Shown here one piece after another: positions 15,242 to 24,828 of a stretch of 44,818 nt of DNA (position 1 is the stretch's first letter; each line of letters opens with the position of its first letter). Under the pieces are notes generated by a model. The model did no database searches, was not told where the DNA came from, and saw only the letters and a list, made by a program, of their open reading frames with translations. The position numbers and the translations under genes are program-made. Origin of the DNA: a virus (lineage: Duplodnaviria > Caudoviricetes); IMG/VR virus record IMGVR_UViG_3300035673_000078, positions 1-44,818 of that record, one strand, 5' to 3'.

Positions 15242-16750
15242 ATGAACTTTCACGTAACGGGAATCCTTGGATGGTTGCTGAAACCGCTGTTCGCGCTGTG
15301 CATGCTGGGCTTTGCAGCCGGCGGCACGGCGCTTGGCGGTGATTCGGGCGGCGGGCTTGGGCTCGACGACGGAGGCGGTGATGAAGGTGCTGGTGGTGGG
15401 GAGTTTGACGGCGGCGGAGACGAAGGCGATGGCGGCGGATCAGAGGAAGATCTGGGCGAGTCTGATGAAGGCCTGGAAGAACATGGTGGAGATAACACCG
15501 GCCAGAGAAGCCAGCTCACGCCGCAACAGAAAGCCGATGCGGCCCGCGAGAAAGCACTTTCGCCGGAAGTCAGAAAAGCCCTCAAAACCATAGCAGAAAC
15601 CGATTCCAAGGCTGCTGCCAAGTTGCGCAGCGCGGTGTTTGCCTCGCAGGCCTGGGCGCAGGTGATGCCCGGAGGAATTCGCCAGGCCCGCGAGATGGCC
15701 ACGGCGTTCGAAGAAGTGGGCGGCGTCGAGGGAATACAGACGCTGCGGGACGAGACGCAGACTCTGCAGGCCGAGCTGGATGGCGTCGACGAGAAATGGA
15801 CTGCCGCCGATCCGCAATTCTTTGCCACGCTGGCGGAGAACGATCCGGACGCGTTTGTCCGGGCAGCGCCGGTGGTGGTTGAGCAGCTATTGAAGACCGA
15901 TCCAGCAGCGTACAGCTCGCTGATGGGCCGCATCTTCCACAACACGATGACGCAAAAAGGCGTGGTCCGCACGCTGGAAGCGCTCCTGCATCATGCCAAT
16001 GCCAACAAAGCTACCGCCGGGATGGCGCCCGTGGTCCAGCAGATAGAAGCGCTGCTGAACTGGACCGACTCGATCCGCGACCTGGCGCAGAGCCAGCCCG
16101 AGCGCAAACCGGACAAAGGCCTGGCCAAGCTGAAAGAGAAAGAGACCGCGTTTGAGGCCAAGCAAGCGACAGCGTTCAAAGGCGAGGTTGGCCGGGAGAT
16201 CAAAACCCACCTTGAGGGCGGGATCATGCGCGAAGTGGGCAAGCTGCTCAAGGCGCGCAACGTGAATCTGGCGCAGCTCAAGGTCAAGGACAAAGAACGC
16301 TTCATGGCCATGGTGGCGGAAGCCGATCGCCAGCTCGCGCAGGAGTTCAGCAAAGACAAGGCGTTTCACGCGCAGAAAGACCGATTGATGCAGACGCGGG
16401 ACAAAGAGCGCGTGATGCGGCTGTATCAGCAGAAGATCGATTACCTGCTGGCCGATGCGCGTGGGCCCCGGATCGCCAAGAAAGTGGCAAATATCTTTTA
16501 CCGCGGAGCAGCTCCGGCGCCGAGGACCGGCGCCCAGGGCGGACAAGATCGTCAGCAGGGTGAACGGCAGAATCAGGGTGATCGCGGCCAGCGACGTGAT
16601 GCCGGCGGCGATCGGCAGAATACGCAGGTTCAGCGCGTAGGCGCCCGGCCGGATCCGTCGACCATCGATTACTCGAGGACGACCGACGACATGATCCTGG
16701 ATGGCCAGGCGGTTTTGAAAGGCAGCGGGAAAAAAGTTCAGTGGAGGTAG
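15242..16750 (+). CDS. Putative capsid scaffolding protein
   Basis: AGGAG RBS; G/D/E-rich N-region, long helical body, position between portal and capsid. Confidence 0.7.
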   Translation: MNFHVTGILGWLLKPLFALCMLGFAAGGTALGGDSGGGLGLDDGGGDEGAGGGEFDGGGDEGDGGGSEEDLGESDEGLEEHGGDNTGQRSQLTPQQKADAAREKALSPEVRKALKTIAETDSKAAAKLRSAVFASQAWAQVMPGGIRQAREMATAFEEVGGVEGIQTLRDETQTLQAELDGVDEKWTAADPQFFATLAENDPDAFVRAAPVVVEQLLKTDPAAYSSLMGRIFHNTMTQKGVVRTLEALLHHANANKATAGMAPVVQQIEALLNWTDSIRDLAQSQPERKPDKGLAKLKEKETAFEAKQATAFKGEVGREIKTHLEGGIMREVGKLLKARNVNLAQLKVKDKERFMAMVAEADRQLAQEFSKDKAFHAQKDRLMQTRDKERVMRLYQQKIDYLLADARGPRIAKKVANIFYRGAAPAPRTGAQGGQDRQQGERQNQGDRGQRRDAGGDRQNTQVQRVGARPDPSTIDYSRTTDDMILDGQAVLKGSGKKVQWR

Positions 16751-16759
16751 GAGATCGCC

Positions 16760-16987
16760 GTGATCGCGCGTGACCGCCGACATCGCCGTGATCGGGAGCA
16801 GCTAACGCTGCCTGGTATTCCTCAGCCTCATGGATTGCTCGAGCTGAGAGATTTCATCCGCAAGCATCAGCGGCGGCAGTGGCGCAGGCCGTCGCAGCAA
16901 GAGCGGAGATTGATGGCCGCGCGGCGCGATCCGCGGCAGGTTTCGATTTACGGATCGGAACACACAGAAGAATTGATCACCCCATAA
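16760..16987 (+). CDS. Small Arg-rich hypothetical protein
   Basis: AGGAG RBS before GTG; N-terminus encoded by a short repeat. Confidence 0.45.
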   Translation: MIARDRRHRRDREQLTLPGIPQPHGLLELRDFIRKHQRRQWRRPSQQERRLMAARRDPRQVSIYGSEHTEELITP

Positions 16988-17292
16988 AGATTTTACGGGG
17001 GTGTAAAGATTTAGCCGTCATTGTCAGAGGGATCCGGACACCCTTCCTGCGGGAGAAACCGGGGCAGCGACGGCGGGCCAGGCGATCAGGCCAAAAATCG
17101 CGTAATCGCATTTTAATGCGTTTATGCGAGTTCGCAGGCGGGGCTACCGCCTTAAGAGAGCGAGACTGAAAGTCCTTCCCAATCGTCCCCACCTCGCTCC
17201 GTAGCTTGCTGTCAGGGACAACAACGTCAGCACGGTCCAGGCTGTAAACAACGGACACCTGGCAAGCCCAAATGCACACGCTCGACGTGTGC
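16978..17292 (+). ncRNA. Candidate structured RNA / capsid mRNA leader
   Basis: About 300 nt without a convincing ORF, packed with stems and three potential pseudoknots found by eye. Confidence 0.5.
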
Positions 17293-17304
17293 CCAAGGCA
17301 TGTC

Positions 17305-18633
17305 ATGTTCAATTTAATGCGGCTCCTGCGGGGCGTCTCGCTTATTCAGCTGGGCAACTGGCTGATGGGCGCGTTCAGCTTCTTCGTTCAGGGCCAGAAC
17401 GCACAAACAGTCGCGTATCAGCGTGAAGAGCTGGGCAAGGACATCCACTTGCTCTTCCAGCGAGACTCAACCCTTTACGGTCGAATCCAAAAAGGGAAGA
17501 ACCTCACGGAAATCAGCTCGCGCGCCATGCGCATCCCGGCAGATCTACTGGCGGGCGGAATCTTCTCCCAAGTTAACCCCGACGGCGGCGATTTTGGCCG
17601 TGGTTCGGCGATCACTTCTGATTTCTTCCAGGTCACCAGCGTGTACTTTGCGCATGCGACCGAGTGGAGCAAGCTGGCGGAGAAAGCCACCGACAGCGAC
17701 AAGAAAGCCGTTGCGCCCGCAGCCAAGCGCAACCTGGAAGCTGCCACCAAGCAGATCCGGACCAACATTGAGGCGCTGCTCAACACTGACGGATCGGGCA
17801 CGCTGGATACGATCGTCAGCGTCTCCGGCAACACCTTAACCGTCAACAACGCCAACCAGTTTTACGATAACCAGCCATTGCAGATCCTGCCGTCCCTGGG
17901 CGGAGTCAGCCGCGGCAACGTGCAAGTGCTTTCGGTCGACGCGAACAGCAAGCAGATCATCCTGAACAATGCCGCGCCGGCCGGTACCGCCGCCAACGAT
18001 CTTCTAGTGATCGCGGGCGCTCCGGGCATCGCGGCTTCGTCCTTGTTCGGCGTGCGCACCTTCCAGGTCGACAGCAACACTGGAACGTATCTGCAGCTGG
18101 CGCGTTCGGCGTATCCGGGCAAGCTGAAGACACCGCACATCGCCATGAACGGCCAGGCGATCACCCCGCAGGCGGTCCGCGCCGGCGAGATGATTTATCG
18201 CCGTGCGTTGGGCGTGGACTCAACCGATCTGCAGGGCGCCGTCGCGCATTTGGGCGTGGACCAACTGCTGGCGTGGGAGAACGTGGGCCTCGTCGTCAGC
18301 CAGGTGATCCAGAACCAGATGAGCGGTAACCGCTCTGAGAACATGCTGAAGGAAAAGCCGCCCGGAGATCTCGGGCCGTTCCCGATCCTGCTCAGCAATC
18401 ACGCAAAACCCGGCGTGATTGACGTGCTGGGCCTCAAAAACTGGGGCCGCGCTGAAACCCAGCCGATCGAGGACCTGGATTACGGCGGACAGACCTTCTT
18501 CCCCGTTTACGGCGCGTCCGGCGGCGTGAGCGGCGCAACCATCAACTACATCTGGACCGGTTTCCAGGTGTACAACGCCAACCCCAGAGCTGGAATTTTC
18601 TGGGACGGCGCGGCAATACCGAACAGCTTGTAA
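17305..18633 (+). CDS. Major capsid protein (start uncertain; ORF opens at 17272)
   Basis: ~440 aa after the scaffold gene; capsid-like layout with an inserted beta domain; strongly biased codons. Confidence 0.8.
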   Translation: MFNLMRLLRGVSLIQLGNWLMGAFSFFVQGQNAQTVAYQREELGKDIHLLFQRDSTLYGRIQKGKNLTEISSRAMRIPADLLAGGIFSQVNPDGGDFGRGSAITSDFFQVTSVYFAHATEWSKLAEKATDSDKKAVAPAAKRNLEAATKQIRTNIEALLNTDGSGTLDTIVSVSGNTLTVNNANQFYDNQPLQILPSLGGVSRGNVQVLSVDANSKQIILNNAAPAGTAANDLLVIAGAPGIAASSLFGVRTFQVDSNTGTYLQLARSAYPGKLKTPHIAMNGQAITPQAVRAGEMIYRRALGVDSTDLQGAVAHLGVDQLLAWENVGLVVSQVIQNQMSGNRSENMLKEKPPGDLGPFPILLSNHAKPGVIDVLGLKNWGRAETQPIEDLDYGGQTFFPVYGASGGVSGATINYIWTGFQVYNANPRAGIFWDGAAIPNSL

Positions 18634-18641
18634 AAACTATT

Positions 18642-18728
18642 CACCGCAAAGGGCGCGAAGGACGCAAAGGAAAACGGGGGTTGGTACCGATCCCTGGGTT
18701 CTTTGCGATCTTTGCGTCCTTAGCGGTG
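18642..18728. repeat. REP-like inverted repeat of 9-bp units; possible terminator or mRNA stabiliser after the capsid gene
   Basis: caccgcaaagggcgcgaaggacgcaaagg ... ctttgcgatctttgcgtccttagcggtg; a related copy is at 26270..26375. Confidence 0.8.
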
Positions 18729-18745
18729 GAAAAAGGATCCTCCTC

Positions 18746-19231
18746 ATGAAGAAAGAACCAGCAGTAAAAGACACGCGCAGGTTTGCGCAAGCTGACCAAA
18801 CGCCGCCGACAACGGATATCGCGACTGTGCCGGGGATGTCGCTCGAAGGCCGCGCAGCGCTGGCGGAAGCGAGCCCGGGCGCGGAGTTTGCGGTTGCGCC
18901 GATCGTCTCGGCCAACGCGATCGCTGAGATCAAGAAAGTTGTCGACGAATACAAGATCAGGCCGCCGCGCGGCTGGATCCTGATCAAAGAATTGCCGGCG
19001 GCTGAGCGGATCGGGCTGATCCTGGTACCGGAAGTCTGCCAGGAGCCGCCGAAGTTTGGAATTGTGATCGCCGTCGGCGCAGGCGAGTGGCAGATGGGCC
19101 ATGAAATCCCTCCGGAAGTAAAAGCCGGAGACCACGTCACGTTTGCATCGTTCGCCGGGGAGCAGCGCGAGATTCTGGGCCAGAAGCTGATCCAGATGCG
19201 CACCGACGAGATCATGCTGATCGCGGGGTAA
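18746..19231 (+). CDS. groES: GroES/Cpn10 co-chaperonin with ~70-aa N-terminal extension
   Basis: IRPPRGWILIK...GLILVP...GIVIAVGAG...EVKAGDHVTFASFAG...IQMRTDEIM matches Cpn10 motifs. Confidence 0.9.
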   Translation: MKKEPAVKDTRRFAQADQTPPTTDIATVPGMSLEGRAALAEASPGAEFAVAPIVSANAIAEIKKVVDEYKIRPPRGWILIKELPAAERIGLILVPEVCQEPPKFGIVIAVGAGEWQMGHEIPPEVKAGDHVTFASFAGEQREILGQKLIQMRTDEIMLIAG

Positions 19232-19236
19232 CTTCG

Positions 19237-19422
19237 ATGACAGTCGCCAATGTTGTGCATAACGCAATCATTCATCCGTTGATGCCTCTCGCTGAAATGC
19301 TGTCACGGCACGGATGGAAGAAGCCAGCAGTCGCTATCTGGAAATGGCACGAAGGCAGCAGAGACGACTTGCGAGAATTTGAAAAGTGGTATGCATGTAA
19401 CGAAAAGAAGCCAGGAACTTAA
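19237..19422 (+). CDS. Small hypothetical protein
   Basis: 61 aa, fills the gap between neighbours. Confidence 0.55.
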   Translation: MTVANVVHNAIIHPLMPLAEMLSRHGWKKPAVAIWKWHEGSRDDLREFEKWYACNEKKPGT

Positions 19423-19424
19423 AC

Positions 19425-20138
19425 ATGTTCCAACGACAGACACCATCGTGGATCGAGAAGCGACTGACCGCATACGGGAAAAACGCGTGGGGCGGGCCGC
19501 TGTTTCGCATTGTCTGGAGTGACACGCGCCGCGCCTGGTCGCTGCTGCATAAGACCATGTGGCTGCGGTATCCGGGGCATCATTGCTGGGTGCTGGAGCG
19601 CTGGTGCCCGCCGTTGATGTACGGATCGCGCCACGCCTGGGAAAACATGCGTGACTGGGAGCCAGGCTCGCCGACGTTTGGCGTGCCGGTGCTGGGACCG
19701 TATCCCGCGCGCGGCGATTATGAGCCGGTTTACAAGTTTGAAGAGCTGCCCAGCTCGGCGGCGCTGCCGCGGCCGGTGATGGAACTGGTGTGCCGGCTGA
19801 TCGAGGCGGGCAAGGCGCATACCAAGAGCGAGCGCTGGGCCGCCATCAAGCACAGCGCGGAGAAAGCCGATCGCGACTGGCAGAAGTTCTTTGACGATTA
19901 CTGCGCCGACAAGCTCAGCGCGATCAGCTGCCGCAGCGGGCTGCGTTTCGGCCTGGGCAAGAATGCCGGGACGTATCGCGGCGAGCAGCGCGGTCCGGAC
20001 CAGATCAAGTTTAAGCGGTCGACCAAAGACCTGCCGACGGCCGTCCGGGCGATGCCTCACGGCTTCGGCCAGCTGGAAATCCCGGCAGAAGTGAAAAAAC
20101 GGCTGCTCAAACAGCAGCCAGGAACAATGGTGCAATAG
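19425..20138 (+). CDS. Hypothetical Trp-rich phage protein
   Basis: 237 aa, AGGA RBS, operon context. Confidence 0.75.
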   Translation: MFQRQTPSWIEKRLTAYGKNAWGGPLFRIVWSDTRRAWSLLHKTMWLRYPGHHCWVLERWCPPLMYGSRHAWENMRDWEPGSPTFGVPVLGPYPARGDYEPVYKFEELPSSAALPRPVMELVCRLIEAGKAHTKSERWAAIKHSAEKADRDWQKFFDDYCADKLSAISCRSGLRFGLGKNAGTYRGEQRGPDQIKFKRSTKDLPTAVRAMPHGFGQLEIPAEVKKRLLKQQPGTMVQ

Positions 20139-21007
20139 TGAAATCAGCTTCAGACGCAAAGAACTTCATTCAATCCATGAATTCGCGCCAGCGCTCGCAG
20201 CGGCCGGCGTTCATCAACAAAGTGCCCAAGGTGTACGTGTTCAGCCTTTACTGGCATCCCTTCAGCGTGAGCCTGGGGCATATGGGATCGTTCATCATCC
20301 CGGCGCTCGATCGCGAGAACCCCAGGCACGTGGCGCGCGGGTATTCCGATCCGCTGGTCCTGCCCGGCATCATGGCCGAGGAATATGACCAGCTCAGCGG
20401 CAAGCTCGGCCTCACCATGTGGGACACGCTGCCGGGTGAAACCGAATCCGCCGACGATCCCGAACAGACTGTCGCCGATCCGGACCAGCCGGGCGTGATC
20501 AAAGATTTGCTGGGCATTGGATCGAGCCAGAGCGGGCTGCATGCTTTCACCACCGACCGGACCTGGTTCGGCGTGTTCGTCGCGAACGGCCTGGGCGCCA
20601 CGCGCGAGGAAGCGGCCCGGGCGGACAAAGCCGGCTGCTGGAATTTCCCCACAAAAGCGGAGTTGGAGCAGGCCAGAGCCAGGCTGACCAAGCTGATGAT
20701 GGTGCTGTTTCAGGACGCGGAGAAAAAAGCGCTGCAGGGACCGAAAGGCACCGCGGAGATCCAGGCGCCGGAACGCGAAGCCGCAGATTTTCTCGGCCTG
20801 AACGCCGACTGGGCACGGGCGAAGACGCCGAAAGGCGCATGCCCCGAATGCGGCCAGCCGGTCAATCCGGGCTTGCCGGTTCACTTCATCGCGCAGGGCG
20901 GCTGCGGCGCGGTCCTGGACGTGGACAAGGTGATGAAGAACCGCACGCCGGGATACGAGCATATTTGGGCAAAGCCTCCGGCACCTGCGGTGCCTCCGAG
21001 CAAATAG
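20138..21007 (+). CDS. Hypothetical protein with C-terminal CPECG...H...CG metal motif
   Basis: 289 aa, coupled to the upstream stop. Confidence 0.75.
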   Translation: MKSASDAKNFIQSMNSRQRSQRPAFINKVPKVYVFSLYWHPFSVSLGHMGSFIIPALDRENPRHVARGYSDPLVLPGIMAEEYDQLSGKLGLTMWDTLPGETESADDPEQTVADPDQPGVIKDLLGIGSSQSGLHAFTTDRTWFGVFVANGLGATREEAARADKAGCWNFPTKAELEQARARLTKLMMVLFQDAEKKALQGPKGTAEIQAPEREAADFLGLNADWARAKTPKGACPECGQPVNPGLPVHFIAQGGCGAVLDVDKVMKNRTPGYEHIWAKPPAPAVPPSK

Positions 21008-21072
21008 CAATTAGCACTTAGCAATTAGTCAGATAAAGCAGACCGCGGCTTCCTCCCCAGGGAAGAAATTCA

Positions 21073-23157
21073 TTGATTTCGAAATTTGGTAGTTGGGTAA
21101 TTGCGGTACTCCTGGCGGTGTGGCTGATCGTTTCGTGGCTGTCGGGGAATCTGCGTTTTAAGGTTTTCCGATCACGGCGGTCACGCGCGATCGCGGCGAT
21201 GTCGGCGATCTTGCTGGCCAGCGCGCTAGCGCATGGCCAAGGCACGCTGATGCAGCTGCCGCCGCTGACCACGTCCCTGGGGCAACCCATTGCCGGGGCG
21301 ACGATCTCAGTGTTCACCACCACGGGCAACCTGCCCAACCTGGTCTGCGCGAGTCCCGTGACGGTCTTCAAGGACGTGGCTCTGAGCATTCCTTTCACGA
21401 CCCTGACCACCGACGGCGCGGGCAACTACCCGTTTTTTATTCAACCGACGGCCAATCCCTACGGACTGATCGTGAGCGGCGCCGGTACGGCCACCAGCCA
21501 GTGTTACGGATTTAGTGCTCCCATCCCGCCGACTGGAAGCCCGACATTCACAAATTTAACAGTAACCGGTGCCCTGACAGCCAGTTGCCCCAAAAATTTG
21601 GGGGGCGTTCAATACGCCTGCAACTATGTGGTCGGATCGACGACATGCGGCGTGCAGGAAGCGTATAACGCCCTGCCGGCGACAGGTGGAAAAATTGTTT
21701 TGCAGCTCGGCAATTGCTCTGCCGCGGGCTGGCCGGTCAACATTCAAAAGCCTGTAGTCATTGAAGGTCAGGGAATGGGCGGCCCGAACGATCCAGGAAC
21801 AAATGCCAATGTCGTAGCAGGCTCATCGCTCACGAATACATCGACTGGTAACAGTTTCTTTGTGATTTCACTGGGCGCAGGAACTTCGCTCGAGGGCGTG
21901 ACGTTTAAAGACTTTGCCATGATTGGCAATAAGGCCGTTGGTGGTGCGACGGCAGGCGACTGTGTGGATGTAAACGGCGGAGGTGTCTCTCAGCAGGTGC
22001 GCGCCATCAGCTTCCAGAATTTGCAGTGCAACCAGCCCAAAGGCTCCGGCTTCGTCATCAAAGACAACGCCTTCATGATCAACTTCCTGAACGTGCATGT
22101 CGATCAATCAGGCAGCCACTGCTACGTGCTAAAAGACGGTGTTAACTCAGGCGTAAACAGCCAAATCCACTTTCTGCAATCCACTGGCGACCTGTGCGGC
22201 GGCAACAACGCTTCATCGAATCCAGGGACCGCGGACGGCTGGAATATCTCAGGATCAACTTCGCGCACACTGGACATCATCGCTTCTACGCTCGCGGATT
22301 CCAACAACGGAATAAACGTTGTGGTCGGGGCCATCAACACGAATGTCCACGTAACCAACAGCGATTTTGAAACCAACACGACCTGTGACATAAGCCTTAA
22401 TGATGGATTCGGACACGTCATCATAGGGAGCACGATATTTGGGACTACCGTGGGAGCACGCGGAATCTGTACGGCTATGCCAGCCGGGGCAGCGGTTCAG
22501 CCCAATCAGTTGCTGATGTTTGGCAATAATATCAATGGCCACACCGTGCAGGATGTGACCATCGGCGCGAACCAGAAAACTGGATTCATCCTGCCGCAGT
22601 CAGCCAACAATTATTCCTACTCTGATGCCAGCGGCCATGTGGTCAAAATGGATGTTAACCAGTTCGGAGCCTTGTCAATCACGGCGGGCGAAGTTACGCC
22701 AGCAGCCAGCGGAACCACATTATCGGGTGATCCAGCAGCTCCATGGAGCACAGTAAACACATTTGCAGCCTCCTTGAGTGAATTTACAGCGCCCTCGGGA
22801 ACATCCGGGAAGGACATTTGCTACGGTGACTCTACGGCTCACGCAATGGAGTGCTCTTATAACAACGGAGTATTCTTCAGAATTCCTCAGGTGATTGGCA
22901 GTGGAGCCGCAGCCATGACCACGGCGGGAATCACAACCGGAGCTTGCGGAACAACCGTGACTGTGGCTGCTACCGGAGTGCTGACAACGGACACGATCAA
23001 CACTGCAAGGAACGCAGCGGCAACCATCGGCAACGGCGGCGGATTGACTCTGAACGCATGGCCCACGGCGGGAAACGTGAATTTCAATTACTGCAATTCC
23101 GCAGCGGGAACCATCACGCCAACGGCTATGACGATCAATTGGAATGTGACGCGGTAA
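21073..23157 (+). CDS. Tailspike / receptor-binding protein with predicted right-handed beta-helix
   Basis: Head-binding-like N-domain (GQPIAGATISV...TTDGAGNYPFF), VQEAYNALPATGGKIVL cap and N/S/T/G-rich beta-helix repeats; start uncertain. Confidence 0.8.
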   Translation: MISKFGSWVIAVLLAVWLIVSWLSGNLRFKVFRSRRSRAIAAMSAILLASALAHGQGTLMQLPPLTTSLGQPIAGATISVFTTTGNLPNLVCASPVTVFKDVALSIPFTTLTTDGAGNYPFFIQPTANPYGLIVSGAGTATSQCYGFSAPIPPTGSPTFTNLTVTGALTASCPKNLGGVQYACNYVVGSTTCGVQEAYNALPATGGKIVLQLGNCSAAGWPVNIQKPVVIEGQGMGGPNDPGTNANVVAGSSLTNTSTGNSFFVISLGAGTSLEGVTFKDFAMIGNKAVGGATAGDCVDVNGGGVSQQVRAISFQNLQCNQPKGSGFVIKDNAFMINFLNVHVDQSGSHCYVLKDGVNSGVNSQIHFLQSTGDLCGGNNASSNPGTADGWNISGSTSRTLDIIASTLADSNNGINVVVGAINTNVHVTNSDFETNTTCDISLNDGFGHVIIGSTIFGTTVGARGICTAMPAGAAVQPNQLLMFGNNINGHTVQDVTIGANQKTGFILPQSANNYSYSDASGHVVKMDVNQFGALSITAGEVTPAASGTTLSGDPAAPWSTVNTFAASLSEFTAPSGTSGKDICYGDSTAHAMECSYNNGVFFRIPQVIGSGAAAMTTAGITTGACGTTVTVAATGVLTTDTINTARNAAATIGNGGGLTLNAWPTAGNVNFNYCNSAAGTITPTAMTINWNVTR

Positions 23158-23174
23158 GGCGGTCTTGCGCGGAT

Positions 23175-23366
23175 CTAGTTCGGCTCGCACAGTGGTGTAA
23201 CTCCGGGATGCTCTTTTTCATAATGCATTTTCACAAAGTGCGCGCCACCGTAAAGCAGCTTAGTTTCGGAGATATTCTCAATGATTTTTGCTTCACAGAG
23301 CGGGCAGATTATGTCAAAGCCTCCGTCTGGATTGTCGCGATAGTTTACGAGTTTTGTTCTTAGCAT
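23175..23366 (-). CDS. Small CxxC/His protein (C2H2-like)
   Basis: CPLC...HFVKMHYEKEH; AT-richer; opposite strand within the late region. Confidence 0.5.
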   Translation of the reverse strand: MLRTKLVNYRDNPDGGFDIICPLCEAKIIENISETKLLYGGAHFVKMHYEKEHPGVTPLCEPN

Positions 23367-23569
23367 TTTTGAGCACCTCCAAGACCAGAGTGGGTGAGCC
23401 GTTCATGAGTATTTCCAGCAGCCGCGGCAGGGGCTGGCATGGCACTTTTGGCCGCAATGGGCCTTTTTGCAGTACTTCGAGTGACAGCCGTGATGGCAGA
23501 CGGATCGGGACATCTGGATATCGGCGAATCGGGGCATCGGGAAGGCCAGGGCGAGGATGAGCATTAATT

Positions 23570-24097
23570 TCAAGGGCGAGCCAACTCGCGTACCAACTGA
23601 GAGCGAACGATAGAGTCTGCAATCTCGCGGTCTTTACTGCTCATTGCCAGATCAGAATCGATCTGGGAAAAAGTGGTTTCCAGTCGTTGGAGTTTGTATG
23701 CGGAGCGATAGATTTCAAACGCCAGGTCAATGTAGGGCTGGTACCCGTGCCCGAAAATGTCTGTTTCCAGGATGGTCCGGGAAAGAAGTTTTTCGGCTTC
23801 CTCGGCGCGCTTCCGCTCCTCCCTTTTTTCGCTCTGGTGGTTTTCATGCTTGATGTCGCGGGCTCTTTGAAGGTCGGCACGGAGAGTCTGCATTCTCGCA
23901 ACATACTGCGGGTTGTTCATGGCCGCACCGATTAGCGTGGCTGCGATCTGGGCCACTTGCCGAGCATGTGCATCGACCGACGGGCCTGTTTGTTTGGGAA
24001 TGGCGGCCTCCGCGCCGGCATATTCGATCTTTTGACCGATGTACCAGAACGCATAGACCGCGAAGAAGCAAAGAATCAGGAATTGGTAGAGAGCCAT
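23570..24097 (-). CDS. Membrane-anchored hypothetical protein (moron-like)
   Basis: AGGA RBS; N-terminal TM segment and helical body; inverted relative to the late genes. Confidence 0.7.
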   Translation of the reverse strand: MALYQFLILCFFAVYAFWYIGQKIEYAGAEAAIPKQTGPSVDAHARQVAQIAATLIGAAMNNPQYVARMQTLRADLQRARDIKHENHQSEKREERKRAEEAEKLLSRTILETDIFGHGYQPYIDLAFEIYRSAYKLQRLETTFSQIDSDLAMSSKDREIADSIVRSQLVRELARP

Positions 24098-24158
24098 CGG
24101 ATCCTCCTAGCTGATCTGATGTGGGCCTGGTTATTTTAAGCGAAAAACAGCGAATTTT

Positions 24159-24422
24159 ATGGACTTCTTACATCAATTTTTCACGTCGTTCACGGCGACG
24201 CACGTGGTGGCGCTGGCCGGGCTGGTGTGTGCGCGCTATGTGGCCAAGACCGTCGGCGAGCACTTTGGCAAGCGGGTGATCCAGCTCAATGACAACCTGG
24301 AGCGCCTGAATTCGACCATCCTGAAAGTGGATATCTTGTGGGAACGCGGCGCCGACGTGGCCATGTTCCGCGAGCTGGAAATGCGCGAACGCAGGAAAGC
24401 CGCTTCGGCTGCAAAAGCGTAA
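24159..24422 (+). CDS. Single-TM coiled-coil protein (holin/antiholin-like)
   Basis: 87 aa; one hydrophobic helix followed by a charged coiled coil. Confidence 0.6.
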   Translation: MDFLHQFFTSFTATHVVALAGLVCARYVAKTVGEHFGKRVIQLNDNLERLNSTILKVDILWERGADVAMFRELEMRERRKAASAAKA

Positions 24423-24450
24423 GAAACACCCACCACGGAGGCACGGAGAA

Positions 24451-24825
24451 ATGCCAGCTTACAATGCAGCACCGAACGTACCAGCCATCTGGGCGGGAGA
24501 CCCGCCCGCGGTGGTGGTCAACGCGGAAAAGCCCGTTGCGGGCACCAAGCATCAGCAGGTGGCCCTGGGGTCGGTCTCTGGCGATGGCGGCCAGCACCAG
24601 TGCTATTTAGCCACCGACTTTGCCGCCGCTCCCAGCGCCGTGGGCGTCAAGGCCCAGCACGCCGCCGTAGACAAGGACGCCGCGTACAGCGATGTCGCCG
24701 GCGCCAGCAGCGCTTCCACCTCCGACGACAACGTGATGTTTACCACCAACCTGCCGTTTGTCCGGCTGGTGACCACCACCGCCCCCGATCAGAACATGAC
24801 CGCGCGGATCGGAAAGCGCTCATAA
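24451..24825 (+). CDS. Putative virion protein
   Basis: 124 aa, beta-rich, GGAG RBS. Confidence 0.7.
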   Translation: MPAYNAAPNVPAIWAGDPPAVVVNAEKPVAGTKHQQVALGSVSGDGGQHQCYLATDFAAAPSAVGVKAQHAAVDKDAAYSDVAGASSASTSDDNVMFTTNLPFVRLVTTTAPDQNMTARIGKRS

Positions 24826-24828
24826 TCC

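Noticed and set aside
16997-17300. Possible phage tmRNA: starts GGGGGTGTAAAG and has a pk1-like pseudoknot followed by TAATC-GCA
   Set aside because: No TTC T-arm or CCA 3' end found, no convincing tag reading frame, and the GGGGTG pairs locally with upstream CACCCC. Kept only as an unknown structured RNA.
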